DNA of 64,000 bases from Candidatus Heimdallarchaeota archaeon (GCA_019057815.1 JAHLWR010000015.1:1-64000), one strand, 5' to 3'; shown: positions 47,890 through 58,584, counted from the stretch's first letter. Numbers and translations: made by a program. The notes: generated by a model from the sequence alone, not told the origin.

Positions 47890-50358
47890 ATGCAATCTAA
47901 AACTAAGTGTTTATTTTTCCTTTTTATTTTGATGTTAGCATTTGCTTTGAACAATCAGACTGTTTCTTATGCTAAAACCGATGTTATTATCTTTTCTGAA
48001 TCTTTAAATGCTGAAGAAAGCGCTTTTGACCATAAATATGGTCCACCTGGTTACTATGGATTAGCAATAGATGAAGAAGAAAATTTGATTTTTTCTAATG
48101 CCCCTGAAGGTGTAGCTTTTATTCAAAGAGACAATCTATCGGATCAAGTAGTCTACAGAGATGAAATTGGCTTACAAGATGTTTCTGTAATGAATTTAGA
48201 AGTTGATAAAGACCTCAAATTGCTTTATGTTGGTTCCATTCAAGGTGTTGACGTTATTAATTATACTCTCTTTCCTATTCAAGCTACACCTATTCTACAG
48301 GAAGTAGCAACAAATTTTATTTTAGGTGATTTCATAGATATCGATCCTAACACTCATTTTGTCTGGATAACTACACAGTCTCATGGTTTGTTTATTTATG
48401 ACCCAATAAATCAAAGAGAAGTAGATACAACAGGCTACGATTTACCTGATCCCAGTGTGAAAATGCATACAATTGAAGTGAATCCAACAATAAACAGAGC
48501 TTTTATCGGGACTGATCAAGGTATTTACGTAATTGACACTTTAACTAACTCTTCACACCAATGGCTAACTACCAATGATGGTCTACCTTTCAATATCACT
48601 AAAGTGATTAAAGCTTACCCTGAAATAGAAAAAGTATTTATCACAACTAATGAAATTGTTACTACTATAAGCGGAGGATTAACAGTTCTTTTTTTGAACA
48701 ATGATTCTCTCAAAACATTTACCTACATTTCTGATCCTTATAATCCAAGAACAATTTATGACATTGTTTGTGACACTCAAAGAAATCTGGGTTACTTTGT
48801 TTCAGGACCAGGTTTCGAAGCTGAGAGTGGTCTTATGGTTTTTAACTTAACTGATATGACTGGAGTGATTAAGTCAATGTGGGGAAGTTTTGGTGATTTT
48901 GGTGTTACACGTGTTTGGGGTTCTCCTTATTTGATTGAAGCTATGATCGCAGGGATAGAATTAGATGAAATCACTCATGAGGTCATTTTAGGTTCAATAC
49001 AACTGATTCAAAAAGCCTATCTCGAGTTACCTGCAACTGTTACAACAGAGAATGAATGGGTAGACTGGGAGCATAGTTTATCACATAATATTGCTTCTGA
49101 TGTTAATTATGATCCTGTTGATGATATGATGTATATTTCAACACTCTTAGGTCTAGATAGAATAGATCCTACAAATAACGAAAATGTTGAACACCTTGTA
49201 CCCGTTCCAGGAGCGGGTGGTTCAACAGCTGCTGAAATATTGTCTTCTGCTAGAATGATCTATCATCATCATTATGAATATGATATAATCGCGGATTCCT
49301 ACATAGACATGGAAACGATGATTCCAGCTTTAGATGAGTATGATTACATCAAAGATATTTCATCATCACCTAATGAAACACTGATTTATTATTCTATAGG
49401 CGCTGAGAATGGTGGTCTAGGAAGCAATGGTTCAATTGTAATTTACAACAGAGCTAACTATCAGTATTATGTCGAAGATTTCGGTTTTGACAAGACTCAA
49501 CTGATAGTTAATTGTATTCTACAAGACCCCAATCGGGAAATGCTATATGTTGGAACAAATACTGGACTAATTTTGTATAATTTGACCTCAATGTCTATCT
49601 ATTCCATTCACGGTGAAACAGAAAATTGGGAGATAACAACACTAGAATGGATTAACGAGCAACTCTGGTTTGGTCTAGAAACTGAGCCACATCTATACAC
49701 TTATGTCAGAATCTATGATCCTATTTTAGAAACAATAACTGATTTTGAACACTCATCAATGATGTATCCTGTTGTTAATGATATCTTATTCAATCAAGCA
49801 ACTAACGAACTGTTCTTTACAACTAATTATGGTTTCCATGCTTACAATATATCCAACGAAGAACTCAAATTCTTTGGTGAAGAAGATGGTCTTTCTACTT
49901 ATATTCTCGCAAGAATGGATTATTCTACTATATCCAATGAAATTTACATAGGTTCAACTTTAGGTGGAGTTAACATATTCGACCCATTATACGATGATAT
50001 CCCACCTCAACTCTTTATTAGCGGAATTTCTACAAATGATATTGTTACAGGTCAAATATCTATACAGATAACATCTCAAGACTATAGTGGAATCAATTGG
50101 GTAAGTGCAACACTTAACAGCAGCGATAATTGGAATTCAAATATTCGTTATCTGAACTTCGATTTCAATTCAAGTGAATATTCAGATGGTTATTATGAAT
50201 TCACGATAGTAGCCACAGATTTCAATGGATTGACTACTGATATTGTAATATCTTTTACAATCTCCAATGTCATAATAAATGAGTTCTCAAAAATGCTCTT
50301 AGTTGTTGTTTTATCGACAGTTTCTATTATTATATTGTTTAGAAAAAGAAGAAACTAA
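47890..50358 (+). CDS. Secreted beta-propeller protein + Ig-like domain + TM anchor
   Basis: Signal peptide; blades such as FIGTDQGIYVID...TTNDGLP and GEEDGLS; C-terminal TM + RKRR. Confidence 0.8.
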   Translation: MQSKTKCLFFLFILMLAFALNNQTVSYAKTDVIIFSESLNAEESAFDHKYGPPGYYGLAIDEEENLIFSNAPEGVAFIQRDNLSDQVVYRDEIGLQDVSVMNLEVDKDLKLLYVGSIQGVDVINYTLFPIQATPILQEVATNFILGDFIDIDPNTHFVWITTQSHGLFIYDPINQREVDTTGYDLPDPSVKMHTIEVNPTINRAFIGTDQGIYVIDTLTNSSHQWLTTNDGLPFNITKVIKAYPEIEKVFITTNEIVTTISGGLTVLFLNNDSLKTFTYISDPYNPRTIYDIVCDTQRNLGYFVSGPGFEAESGLMVFNLTDMTGVIKSMWGSFGDFGVTRVWGSPYLIEAMIAGIELDEITHEVILGSIQLIQKAYLELPATVTTENEWVDWEHSLSHNIASDVNYDPVDDMMYISTLLGLDRIDPTNNENVEHLVPVPGAGGSTAAEILSSARMIYHHHYEYDIIADSYIDMETMIPALDEYDYIKDISSSPNETLIYYSIGAENGGLGSNGSIVIYNRANYQYYVEDFGFDKTQLIVNCILQDPNREMLYVGTNTGLILYNLTSMSIYSIHGETENWEITTLEWINEQLWFGLETEPHLYTYVRIYDPILETITDFEHSSMMYPVVNDILFNQATNELFFTTNYGFHAYNISNEELKFFGEEDGLSTYILARMDYSTISNEIYIGSTLGGVNIFDPLYDDIPPQLFISGISTNDIVTGQISIQITSQDYSGINWVSATLNSSDNWNSNIRYLNFDFNSSEYSDGYYEFTIVATDFNGLTTDIVISFTISNVIINEFSKMLLVVVLSTVSIIILFRKRRN

Positions 50359-50456
50359 TTCTTCCTTTACCTTTTTTATTCTATTTTATGATGAAGCTAT
50401 TTTTCACCTTCAAGTCAAACAAGGAGAAAAGAAAAGATGGTAGTTTTTTTTAGAGA

Positions 50457-51305
50457 TTAACTCTGATATTTCATTGCAGCTGATACACCTGATGCTGCAG
50501 TAGCCAATAGTTGAAATATTTTATAAGCTTCAGTCATTGTTTCTGCAGTATATTCAATTGTCATCCCATCCACCCTTTTTACAAAGGGTAATAAATCAGC
50601 TACATACGCAAAAGCTGTTCCTCTGAAGGTAAGTTCAACTTTCACTGGATTTTCAGTTACTAGTGTTTTAACTTTTCCTTCCTTAAAATTAGTCACTGCT
50701 CTGAAAACCGATTCTTTCAAGCTTTTCACTATTTTTTTCATGCTTGGACTCCTAGCAGCAAAACGGCTGTAAGATTGTTTTAAAGGTACAACCTCAGCCC
50801 AAGGAATATGTTTTTTGACATCATCTTCTAATAATTGATTATCTCCCGCGACCAGTATCACGGGAACATTATATTCTCCGGCTGTAAAAGCGTTGAGTAA
50901 ACACTCACTTAACTCTATGTCATTGATTACAAGTTTATGAATACTAGTTCCACTGTAAGTGTGATCAAAAGTAGACTTAGCAGTACCATGTTTAGCATGA
51001 TAACCTAAGAAGAGCGCAACATCACAGCCTTCTACTCCCTCAACCATCGAAATGGGACGAAAACCTCCTCTAATGATTTCAACATATTCAGGTAAATCAT
51101 CGATAAGCAAATTTACACAAGGACCATGACTATCAGCAATGATTATTTGCTCAAAACCGTTATGATATAATTCTTCTGCAACAACGAGAGTAATTTTTGT
51201 AGCAATTTCTCTAGCTTCCTGATACAAAGAACCTTTCAAGTCTAATTGTCCTAGAATAACAACAAATGGTAATCCTTCCAAATCAACTGAAATAAACGCT
51301 TTCAT
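50457..51305 (-). CDS. dppA: M55 family D-aminopeptidase
   Basis: ISVDLEG, ADSHG, GYHAK, DHTY, E..LNA, LVAGD. Confidence 0.9.
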   Translation of the reverse strand: MKAFISVDLEGLPFVVILGQLDLKGSLYQEAREIATKITLVVAEELYHNGFEQIIIADSHGPCVNLLIDDLPEYVEIIRGGFRPISMVEGVEGCDVALFLGYHAKHGTAKSTFDHTYSGTSIHKLVINDIELSECLLNAFTAGEYNVPVILVAGDNQLLEDDVKKHIPWAEVVPLKQSYSRFAARSPSMKKIVKSLKESVFRAVTNFKEGKVKTLVTENPVKVELTFRGTAFAYVADLLPFVKRVDGMTIEYTAETMTEAYKIFQLLATAASGVSAAMKYQS

Positions 51306-51500
51306 TTTTTTTCGCTCATTTATGAATTGTAAGAGTGATATTAAAAGATTTTTAGTAATAAATGTGTTATTTATCTTTTACTGGGATTTCATTCTAATAA
51401 TCTCTTATTTCTTGGATTCTTACCCCCTTCTTTTGCTTTCCTTTCTTCTTCTTCAAGAAACTTCAAAATCCTCCTAAAACTTTTTATTTTTTGAATTAGA

Positions 51501-53039
51501 GTGATAACTATGAAAAAATCTCTCTCTTTTCTTCCTGTATTAATTATATTGATGTGTCCTTTTATTGCCCCTGTAATTCATCAAGCTGATGCTAGTCCCC
51601 AATTTGTTGACTATATCTTCTGTAATGGAAATATTATCACCATTGATGAAACTAATCCTTTGGTTCAAGCTATTGCCATTAATGATGACCTTATTGTAGG
51701 TTTAGGAAGTACTGAAGAAATTCTAGAAAACTTTGCAACAGAAAATGAAACTACTTATGATTTAGATGGTCGAACAATCATGCCAGGAATAATAGATGGT
51801 CATACACACTATATGGCATCATTATTTTGGATTGGAGAAACTGAAACAATCTATGAATCTCAAATTATAGCTTTAGCTAATGGCTATACAACCTTAAACG
51901 AAAAAAGTATAGACATGGGTGAATTTCAATGGTTAAAAGAAGCTGAACAAAATAATACGCTTCGTCTTCGAGTAAACGCTTTTCTTATTTATAATTATGC
52001 TTGGCTTGAAAATAATGAAACTGTATTAGTTGGACACTGGAATCCAGATCTAGAACCTCTACTAGATCATGACCGAAAATTACGCGTTCCTGGTATTAAA
52101 ATCTATTTAGATGGTGCATATGGAAATAGAGGTTTTCCAGCAATGAGTGATCCCTATACTCAAGAAATGATGGATTTATGGGGAATTATCAATCCTTATG
52201 GAGATCTTTATTTTAATCAATCAGAATTAAATTCAATAGTTGATTCTATTCATGATAGAGGTTTTAGTGTAGCTGTTCACGCGATGGGTGATAGAGCAAC
52301 TGAAACTATCCTAAATGCAATAGAATATGCGTTAAACGGGACAGATAATGATAATGCAAGACATCAAATTGAGCATAACAGCTTCATCAGAGAAGATCAA
52401 ATCGCTAAAGCTTTATCACTTAATACTATTCATTCTGTTAGAGGGTACTTCCCAACTTATTGGCAGCAAGAATATGCAGACCTTTACAGTTCTATATGGA
52501 TGGAAAGGACGGTAAACAGATACTCCCTACCTGGCGAAGGTCTTCACTCTTATCTAGAAACTGATTTTGGTTTTCTTCATGGTTATGATGAAGATAATTG
52601 GAGTAAATCAGCTAATATTAGACCTTTCCTACATCTTTGGGGTTTGGTTACTAGAAAAGCTATTGATGTAAATGGTACCATCCATACACCTGATCCTTGG
52701 GTAGCTGAGCATGAAATTACAGTTGAAATGGCTCTAAGAATGATGACTATTGAAGGAGCTTACGCGGTAAAACAAGAGGACTATATCGGTTCTTTAGAAA
52801 TTGGTAAGTATGCAGATCTCATTGTCTTAACAGGTGATCCTCTAACTATGGAGGTTGATAATCTTAAGGATATCGAAGTTATGCTTACTATGGTAGATGG
52901 TAACATTGAATACCAAATAGCTAGTCATACCTTCCCAACACCATTTACAAGTCAAACCTCACAAACAGCTTCTGCAATATGGATTACTCTTCTAGCATTA
53001 TCAAGTTTAATAGTTGTTAGGTCTGAAAGAAGAAAATAA
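51501..53039 (+). CDS. Amidohydrolase (YtcJ-like) with signal peptide and C-terminal TM
   Basis: MPGIIDGHTH, KIYLDG, HAMGDRA, IEH, GSLEIGKYADLIVL. Confidence 0.88.
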   Translation: MITMKKSLSFLPVLIILMCPFIAPVIHQADASPQFVDYIFCNGNIITIDETNPLVQAIAINDDLIVGLGSTEEILENFATENETTYDLDGRTIMPGIIDGHTHYMASLFWIGETETIYESQIIALANGYTTLNEKSIDMGEFQWLKEAEQNNTLRLRVNAFLIYNYAWLENNETVLVGHWNPDLEPLLDHDRKLRVPGIKIYLDGAYGNRGFPAMSDPYTQEMMDLWGIINPYGDLYFNQSELNSIVDSIHDRGFSVAVHAMGDRATETILNAIEYALNGTDNDNARHQIEHNSFIREDQIAKALSLNTIHSVRGYFPTYWQQEYADLYSSIWMERTVNRYSLPGEGLHSYLETDFGFLHGYDEDNWSKSANIRPFLHLWGLVTRKAIDVNGTIHTPDPWVAEHEITVEMALRMMTIEGAYAVKQEDYIGSLEIGKYADLIVLTGDPLTMEVDNLKDIEVMLTMVDGNIEYQIASHTFPTPFTSQTSQTASAIWITLLALSSLIVVRSERRK

Positions 53040-53102
53040 TTCTTCTCTCTTTTTTTCTCTTTTTAGAACAATTCTTATAAGCAATATAACTAAGAACATT
53101 AT

Positions 53103-53666
53103 ATGTCTAAAGTGCTAATTCTAAATGGTAGTCCTCGGAAAAAAGGGAATACTATCTTTCTAATTCAAGAATTATCGCGAATGATAATTCAATGTGGACA
53201 TGATGTAGAAATTCTAAATCTGAATGATTATGATATAAAACCTTGCCAAGGTTGTTTGTGGTGTTATAAAGATTTTCCGCTTAGATGTGTTCAGAATGAT
53301 GTTATGAACGGACTATATCCATTAGTTTTAGACTCTGATGTTATTGTCTTTGCGTCTCCAATATACTGGTTTAACTATTCTGCACAATTGAAGCTGTTTA
53401 TTGATAGATTAGTGGCTTTGCATGTTAAAGGAGGGCATTCTCTGAACGGTTATAGATTTGCTAGCATTTTTGTATATGGAGATACAAATGCACAGGGATC
53501 TGGTGTCCATAACACAATAGAATCGATTGATCATATGATTCGCTATTTTAGAGGAGAAAATTTAGGAGTTGTTCATGGGACAGGAGGAGAAAGTTTAACA
53601 GTTCAAAATGATGCGGAAATTATGAAAGACTTAAGAGAGCTTGCAGAAAAAATATGCTCAATTTAG
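53103..53666 (+). CDS. Iron-sulfur flavoprotein / flavodoxin family
   Basis: GSPRKKGNT, CQGCLWC...C, ASPIYW, LKLFIDR. Confidence 0.9.
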   Translation: MSKVLILNGSPRKKGNTIFLIQELSRMIIQCGHDVEILNLNDYDIKPCQGCLWCYKDFPLRCVQNDVMNGLYPLVLDSDVIVFASPIYWFNYSAQLKLFIDRLVALHVKGGHSLNGYRFASIFVYGDTNAQGSGVHNTIESIDHMIRYFRGENLGVVHGTGGESLTVQNDAEIMKDLRELAEKICSI

Positions 53667-53677
53667 TTTCATTCTTT

Positions 53678-54505
53678 TTAATATACAAATTGTAATTTAA
53701 CCATAAATCCCTTATGATCAGAAGATTGCTCATTTTTATACAATTCAGCTGATCCTTTTACAACAGTGCAATAATCATTTACGAAAATATAATCTACTCG
53801 TAAAATCGGAAACGAGACATGCCAAGTTTTTCCAGCAAAAGGTGGTTTTCCAGAAGATATCCATGCATCGTGAAAAGTTGTGAATAATCTCCAATAAGTT
53901 AAGTCAAAAATAGAATTTGGAGTATTAAAATCACCGAGGACTATTGTGGGGACACTGAAATTTACTGCATTAATTATTTGGTTAGCTTGTTTAATTCTGT
54001 TGAAATAAAATGCTGGCCAACTAAGATGTGTAGTAATAACTGTGATTACAGTTATATTGATTTTTATTTGTGCAGTAATAAAACCTCTAGGGAGAGAATT
54101 CTTGGCATCAGGTAATTTAGTGAAGGTTGAATTAATTATTTCATATTTAGAAAGAATAGTTAGACCATATGTTATTTGATTATATTCTTCAAGAGAAACA
54201 AAATATTCATAGGAGAGTAAAGAAGCTAATTGACTAATATTAACTTCTGATCCTTGGTAAAACATCCTATATGCTTCTTGTAATGCCACAATATCTGCAT
54301 CAACTTCAGAGAGTAAATCAATAACTCCATCATCTAACCCTTTTCCTACATTATAAGTAAAAACTTTAACAGAATTAGAGTCTTGGCTTGTTACATTTGC
54401 TGAAAAAGAGACAAAAAAGGGGATAAGAATCTGTAAAAGACAAATCATCATTATTATTGCTAATAGCCAAATAATTTTGTTCTTATGTTTTTTAAAGAAT
54501 TTCAA
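53678..54505 (-). CDS. Endonuclease/exonuclease/phosphatase family protein, N-terminal TM
   Basis: TYNV, LQE, THL, GDFN, RVDYIF, SDH. Confidence 0.9.
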   Translation of the reverse strand: MKFFKKHKNKIIWLLAIIMMICLLQILIPFFVSFSANVTSQDSNSVKVFTYNVGKGLDDGVIDLLSEVDADIVALQEAYRMFYQGSEVNISQLASLLSYEYFVSLEEYNQITYGLTILSKYEIINSTFTKLPDAKNSLPRGFITAQIKINITVITVITTHLSWPAFYFNRIKQANQIINAVNFSVPTIVLGDFNTPNSIFDLTYWRLFTTFHDAWISSGKPPFAGKTWHVSFPILRVDYIFVNDYCTVVKGSAELYKNEQSSDHKGFMVKLQFVY

Positions 54506-54579
54506 TATAATTTAAATCTAAGTCCAATATTATTAAAACACTTGCAAATAAAGAAGAAATATAATCATTAACATCCTAA

Positions 54580-54723
54580 GTCGTTTCTAACTAACGACTA
54601 GGTACCTTAGTAGTCGTCTCTAACATACGACAACAGTACCAAAAGTTATTTTTACACTCTCTAATTACTTAATAATTTTTTCTTCTTGATGATTCAACAA
54701 TTTAGTCGAAGTTTTCTTTCGAC
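54580..54723. promoter_or_regulatory. Three palindromic sites GTCGW-N9-WCGAC (54580-54598, 54613-54631, 54705-54723)
   Basis: GTCGTttctaactaACGAC, GTCGTctctaacatACGAC, GTCGAagttttcttTCGAC. Confidence 0.65.
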
Positions 54724-54977
54724 AAAAAGATTCCCTTATAAAACTATCTGTTGACCTTCTTATTTTTCCTTAATTACAAAGTTTCAAATCAAATATTACA
54801 AGACATAGAAGTAGTAAAAACCAAACCTTTGGGAATGATTAATCTAGGAGAAAAAGTAAGTTTGTGGAAGAGATTATTTAGACGATATAAACACAAATAA
54901 TTACTCCCTTATGATGGAAACTGGATAACGATAAAATACCCAAAAAGTTTAAATAAAAAAAAAGAATTAACGAGTCT

Positions 54978-57900
54978 ATGACCTCGAAAAGAAAAATAAT
55001 TTCAATTGTAATGTTATTGTGTTTTAGTCTCAATTTATTAGTTTTCACAATAGATAGAACTGCAGCAAAACTAGACGAAAAACAGCCGTTAGATCCTAAA
55101 GCAGAGCTCGATTCTCTCACAATAGCTGATTTAGATTGGCAGGCTTGTGATATTGACCGCGATATTACTCTACCGTTTACTCCCCGTTCAAGTGGAGGAT
55201 ACTCATATGATAAAACAGACACTTCTTTACATATGGAGGAAACGACTGGAACTTACCTTCTTAGGGCTGGATGGTATAGTAGTTTTGATATTACCAATGA
55301 AGTTTTTTCATTAGAGTTTGAAGGAAAAGCAAAAGCAGGACATATAGATGCAATTAATCTTGCTATGTATGTCTTTGATAATAAAACTAAAAAAAACCTG
55401 TATATGGTAGGTTGTTATCTTGGAACAGGTTTGGAAACTGATTATATATCTTTTAATTCAACTTTTATAACTCCGGATATTACTGAAATTCTCATATTTT
55501 TCCTTTACAGCGATGGTTTTTCAGCAAATTGGGGAATAGAATTTTGGATTCAGAATCTGGTCATTAAGACAGATATTGAAAAGTCTTCATTAATTGATGA
55601 AGAAGTATCGGAGATTTTCACTAGCAACCACTCTAAAACAATGGGGCTTTTTTGGAAAGATAACTATCTATTGAATACAGGATTAAATGCAACAAGTGGT
55701 ACGAAAAGTGTTGCTAAAATTAACCCTTTATCAGGTGAAGTTGTGGAGGTATACGAAGTTAATATGTTCTATGATTTAACTTTCGATGGTACGAATTTTT
55801 GGATAGTTTTTGCAGATAGAGATTATTATCTAGTCTACAAATATGATTCCTCCTTTAATAATGTAGGCTCAATTACTTTGCCTTTTGATCTTATTGGAGG
55901 TATAACAACGGATGGTACGGATTTATTTGTTGTAGATTATGAAGCTGATTTAATTCATAAGATAAACCGAAATACTGGGGCGATAATTTCATCTATTCCT
56001 GCACCTGGAACAAGAGTTAGAGGTTTGGAATATAGAGAAGGTTTTCTCTGGGCAACTGACTCAGATTCTCATCAGTTTTTCAAGATTTCTCTAACAGATG
56101 GCACTATACTTGAAACTTATAATTCTGCGTTTGAGAATCCTTTTGGAATAACTATTGATGATGAAGGTTTCATTTGGTTAACTTCAGTGTCATGCAAATT
56201 AATATACAAAACTAATGTCAATGTTATTTCAGACGCTGTCCCTCCTGTCATTACTCATCCTTCTGATATAACTTATCCTGAGGGTACATCTGGTCACTCT
56301 ATCATTTGGACTGGCACTGACGACAATCCTTCCATTTACTCAGTTTATCGTGATGACATTCTAGTTTCTTCTAGTTCTTGGTCTTCTGGTATAGGTATTA
56401 CTTACAATGTTGATGGCTTATCTGAAGGTACATACAACTTTACTATTGTCCTTACTGATGCTGATGACTTGTCTGTTAGTGACATTGTCTGGGTTACTGT
56501 TACTCATGCTTTCATTACTCCCATTATAAATCAACCTGATGACATAACATATACTGAGGGTACAACTGGTTATTCTATCGCCTGGACTGGCACTGACGAC
56601 AATCCTTCTACATATTCAATTTATCGTGATGATGTTCAAGTCTCTTATAGTTCTTGGTCTTCTGGTGTAGTGATTTTGTATAATGTTGATGGCTTATCTG
56701 AAGGTACCTACAACTTCACTATAGTCCTTATAGATGTAGATGGTTTATCTGTTAGTGATACTGTCTGGGTTACTGTTACTGTTATTCCTACTCCTCCAGT
56801 TGTTACTCACCCTGATGATATTACTTATATCACGGGTATAACTGGTTATTTCATCATTTGGACAGGTACTGACGACCTTCCTTCCACTTATTCAATCTAT
56901 CGTGATGGTGTTCTAGTCTCTTCTGGTTCTTGGTCTTCTGGTGTAGGAATATCGTATAATGTTGATGGCTTATCTGAAGGGATATACATCTTCACTATTG
57001 TCCTTATGTCTACTGATGGTTTTTCAGTTAGTGACACTGTTTGGGTCACTGTTACTCCTACTCCAATTCCACCTATTATTGATCAACCTGATGATATAAC
57101 TTATACTGAGGGTACAACTGGTTATTCCATCATTTGGACAGGTACTGATGACAACCCTGATTATTACTGGATTTATCGTGATGGTGCTCTAGTCTCTTCT
57201 GGTTCTTGGTCTTCCGGCGTAGGAATTGCATATAATGTTGATGGACTTATTAATGGTGTGTATAACTTCACTATCCTCATTACAGATTTTGACGGATTAT
57301 CTGTTAGCGACACTGTTTGGGTCACTGTTACTTCTGCTCCAATTCCACCTATTATTGATCAACCAGATGATATAACTTATACTGAGGGTACAACTAGCTA
57401 TTCTATCGTCTGGACAGGTACTGATGACAATCCTTCAGCATATTCTATTTACCGTGATGATGTTCTAGTCTCTTCTGGTTCTTGGTCTTCCGGCGTAGGA
57501 ATTGCATATAATGTTGATGGCTTATCTGAAGGTACCTACAACTTCACTATCCTTCTTGTGGATGACGATAGTTTTTCAGTTAGTGACACTGTTTGGGTCA
57601 CCGTTACTCCTGCTCATACTCCAACTCCTCCTTCTATTAATCATCCTGCTGACATAACTTATATTGAGGGTACAACTGGTTATTCTATCGTCTGGACAGG
57701 TACTGATGATAATCCTTCCACTTATTCAATTTATCGTGATGGTACTCTATTCTCTTCTGGTTCTTGGTCTTCTGGTGTAGGTATTGCTTATGATATTGAT
57801 GGCTTATCTGAAGGTACCTACAACTTCACTATTGCCCTTATGGATGTGGATGGTTTTTCAGTTAGTGACACTGTTTGGGTCACCGTTACTCCTGCTCATA

Positions 57901-58289
57901 CTCCAACTCCTCCTTCTATTAATCATCCTGCTGACATAACTTATATTGAGGGTACAACTGGTTATTCTATCGTCTGGACAGGTACTGATGATAATCCTTC
58001 CACTTATTCAATTTATCGTGATGGTACTCTATTCTCTTCTGGTTCTTGGTCTTCTGGTGTAGGTATTGCTTATGATATTGATGGCTTATCTGAAGGTACT
58101 TACAACTTCACTATTGTCCTTTTCGATACTGATGGTTTGTCTGTTAGTGATACTGTATTAGTTACAATACTAGAATCTGAAACAAGCAGTACAGTGAATG
58201 TAGGGTATAGTTCCTTAGCTATGGTTGTTTTAGTATCCCTAGTATCCCTAGTATTATACCGAAAGAAATATCTTAAGAAAAATAATTAG
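54978..58289 (+). CDS. Surface protein: beta-sandwich + beta-propeller + 7 Ig-like stalk repeats + TM anchor
   Basis: Signal peptide; GITTDGTDLFV and GLEYREGFLW blades; 7 x PP.I..P.DITY.EGTTG..I.WTGTDDNP repeats. Confidence 0.88.
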   Translation: MTSKRKIISIVMLLCFSLNLLVFTIDRTAAKLDEKQPLDPKAELDSLTIADLDWQACDIDRDITLPFTPRSSGGYSYDKTDTSLHMEETTGTYLLRAGWYSSFDITNEVFSLEFEGKAKAGHIDAINLAMYVFDNKTKKNLYMVGCYLGTGLETDYISFNSTFITPDITEILIFFLYSDGFSANWGIEFWIQNLVIKTDIEKSSLIDEEVSEIFTSNHSKTMGLFWKDNYLLNTGLNATSGTKSVAKINPLSGEVVEVYEVNMFYDLTFDGTNFWIVFADRDYYLVYKYDSSFNNVGSITLPFDLIGGITTDGTDLFVVDYEADLIHKINRNTGAIISSIPAPGTRVRGLEYREGFLWATDSDSHQFFKISLTDGTILETYNSAFENPFGITIDDEGFIWLTSVSCKLIYKTNVNVISDAVPPVITHPSDITYPEGTSGHSIIWTGTDDNPSIYSVYRDDILVSSSSWSSGIGITYNVDGLSEGTYNFTIVLTDADDLSVSDIVWVTVTHAFITPIINQPDDITYTEGTTGYSIAWTGTDDNPSTYSIYRDDVQVSYSSWSSGVVILYNVDGLSEGTYNFTIVLIDVDGLSVSDTVWVTVTVIPTPPVVTHPDDITYITGITGYFIIWTGTDDLPSTYSIYRDGVLVSSGSWSSGVGISYNVDGLSEGIYIFTIVLMSTDGFSVSDTVWVTVTPTPIPPIIDQPDDITYTEGTTGYSIIWTGTDDNPDYYWIYRDGALVSSGSWSSGVGIAYNVDGLINGVYNFTILITDFDGLSVSDTVWVTVTSAPIPPIIDQPDDITYTEGTTSYSIVWTGTDDNPSAYSIYRDDVLVSSGSWSSGVGIAYNVDGLSEGTYNFTILLVDDDSFSVSDTVWVTVTPAHTPTPPSINHPADITYIEGTTGYSIVWTGTDDNPSTYSIYRDGTLFSSGSWSSGVGIAYDIDGLSEGTYNFTIALMDVDGFSVSDTVWVTVTPAHTPTPPSINHPADITYIEGTTGYSIVWTGTDDNPSTYSIYRDGTLFSSGSWSSGVGIAYDIDGLSEGTYNFTIVLFDTDGLSVSDTVLVTILESETSSTVNVGYSSLAMVVLVSLVSLVLYRKKYLKKNN
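56241..58170 (+). repeat. Seven intragenic ~276-282 bp tandem repeats; last two nearly identical
   Basis: Sequence from 57572 recurs at 57854 (period 282). Confidence 0.95.
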
Positions 58290-58371
58290 AAGAGAACATC
58301 CCTAACTTTTTCTTCTTTCTCCTTTTTATGTCAATAAACTTCTATTCTTAATTCTTTGATAAAAGAGTAGT

Positions 58372-58483
58372 GGAGAGGGATCTCGTCCGTAAAAACGAAG
58401 AGTGAGTTCTGATTTTACAAGGGGGTTTGGGAGGATGTTTCCATCCCCCTCGGAAGATAGGGTTTGTGACGGAGCCCTTCTCC
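58372..58483 (-). ncRNA. Candidate novel structured ncRNA (~112 nt)
   Basis: GC-rich island; 5' GGAGAAGGGCUCCGU pairs with 3' ACGGACGAGAUCCCUCUCC; internal GGGGGAUG-GAAA-CAUCCUCC hairpin; TATA TTTAAATA at 58506-58513; U-rich tail. Confidence 0.65.
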
Positions 58484-58584
58484 AATAAATCAATAGAGAA
58501 AATGGTATTTAAAGCTTGAAAGACACCCCCATAATTGAAAGTAATAAAAACCCTAGAAAAATTCACTAAAAACGACACTCTATT

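Noticed and set aside
54575-54640. Two 33-bp spaced repeats as a mini-CRISPR array
   Set aside because: No unique spacers of CRISPR length, only two units, no cas genes; treated as operators.
58372-58483. tRNA, 5S rRNA or telomerase-like template (AAACCCUA)
   Set aside because: No cloverleaf/T-loop or 5S conserved motifs; no reverse transcriptase or matching repeats in the window.
58348-58578. 76-aa minus-strand ORF over the GC-rich island
   Set aside because: Atypical composition and an internal TATA box; the RNA-structure explanation fits better.
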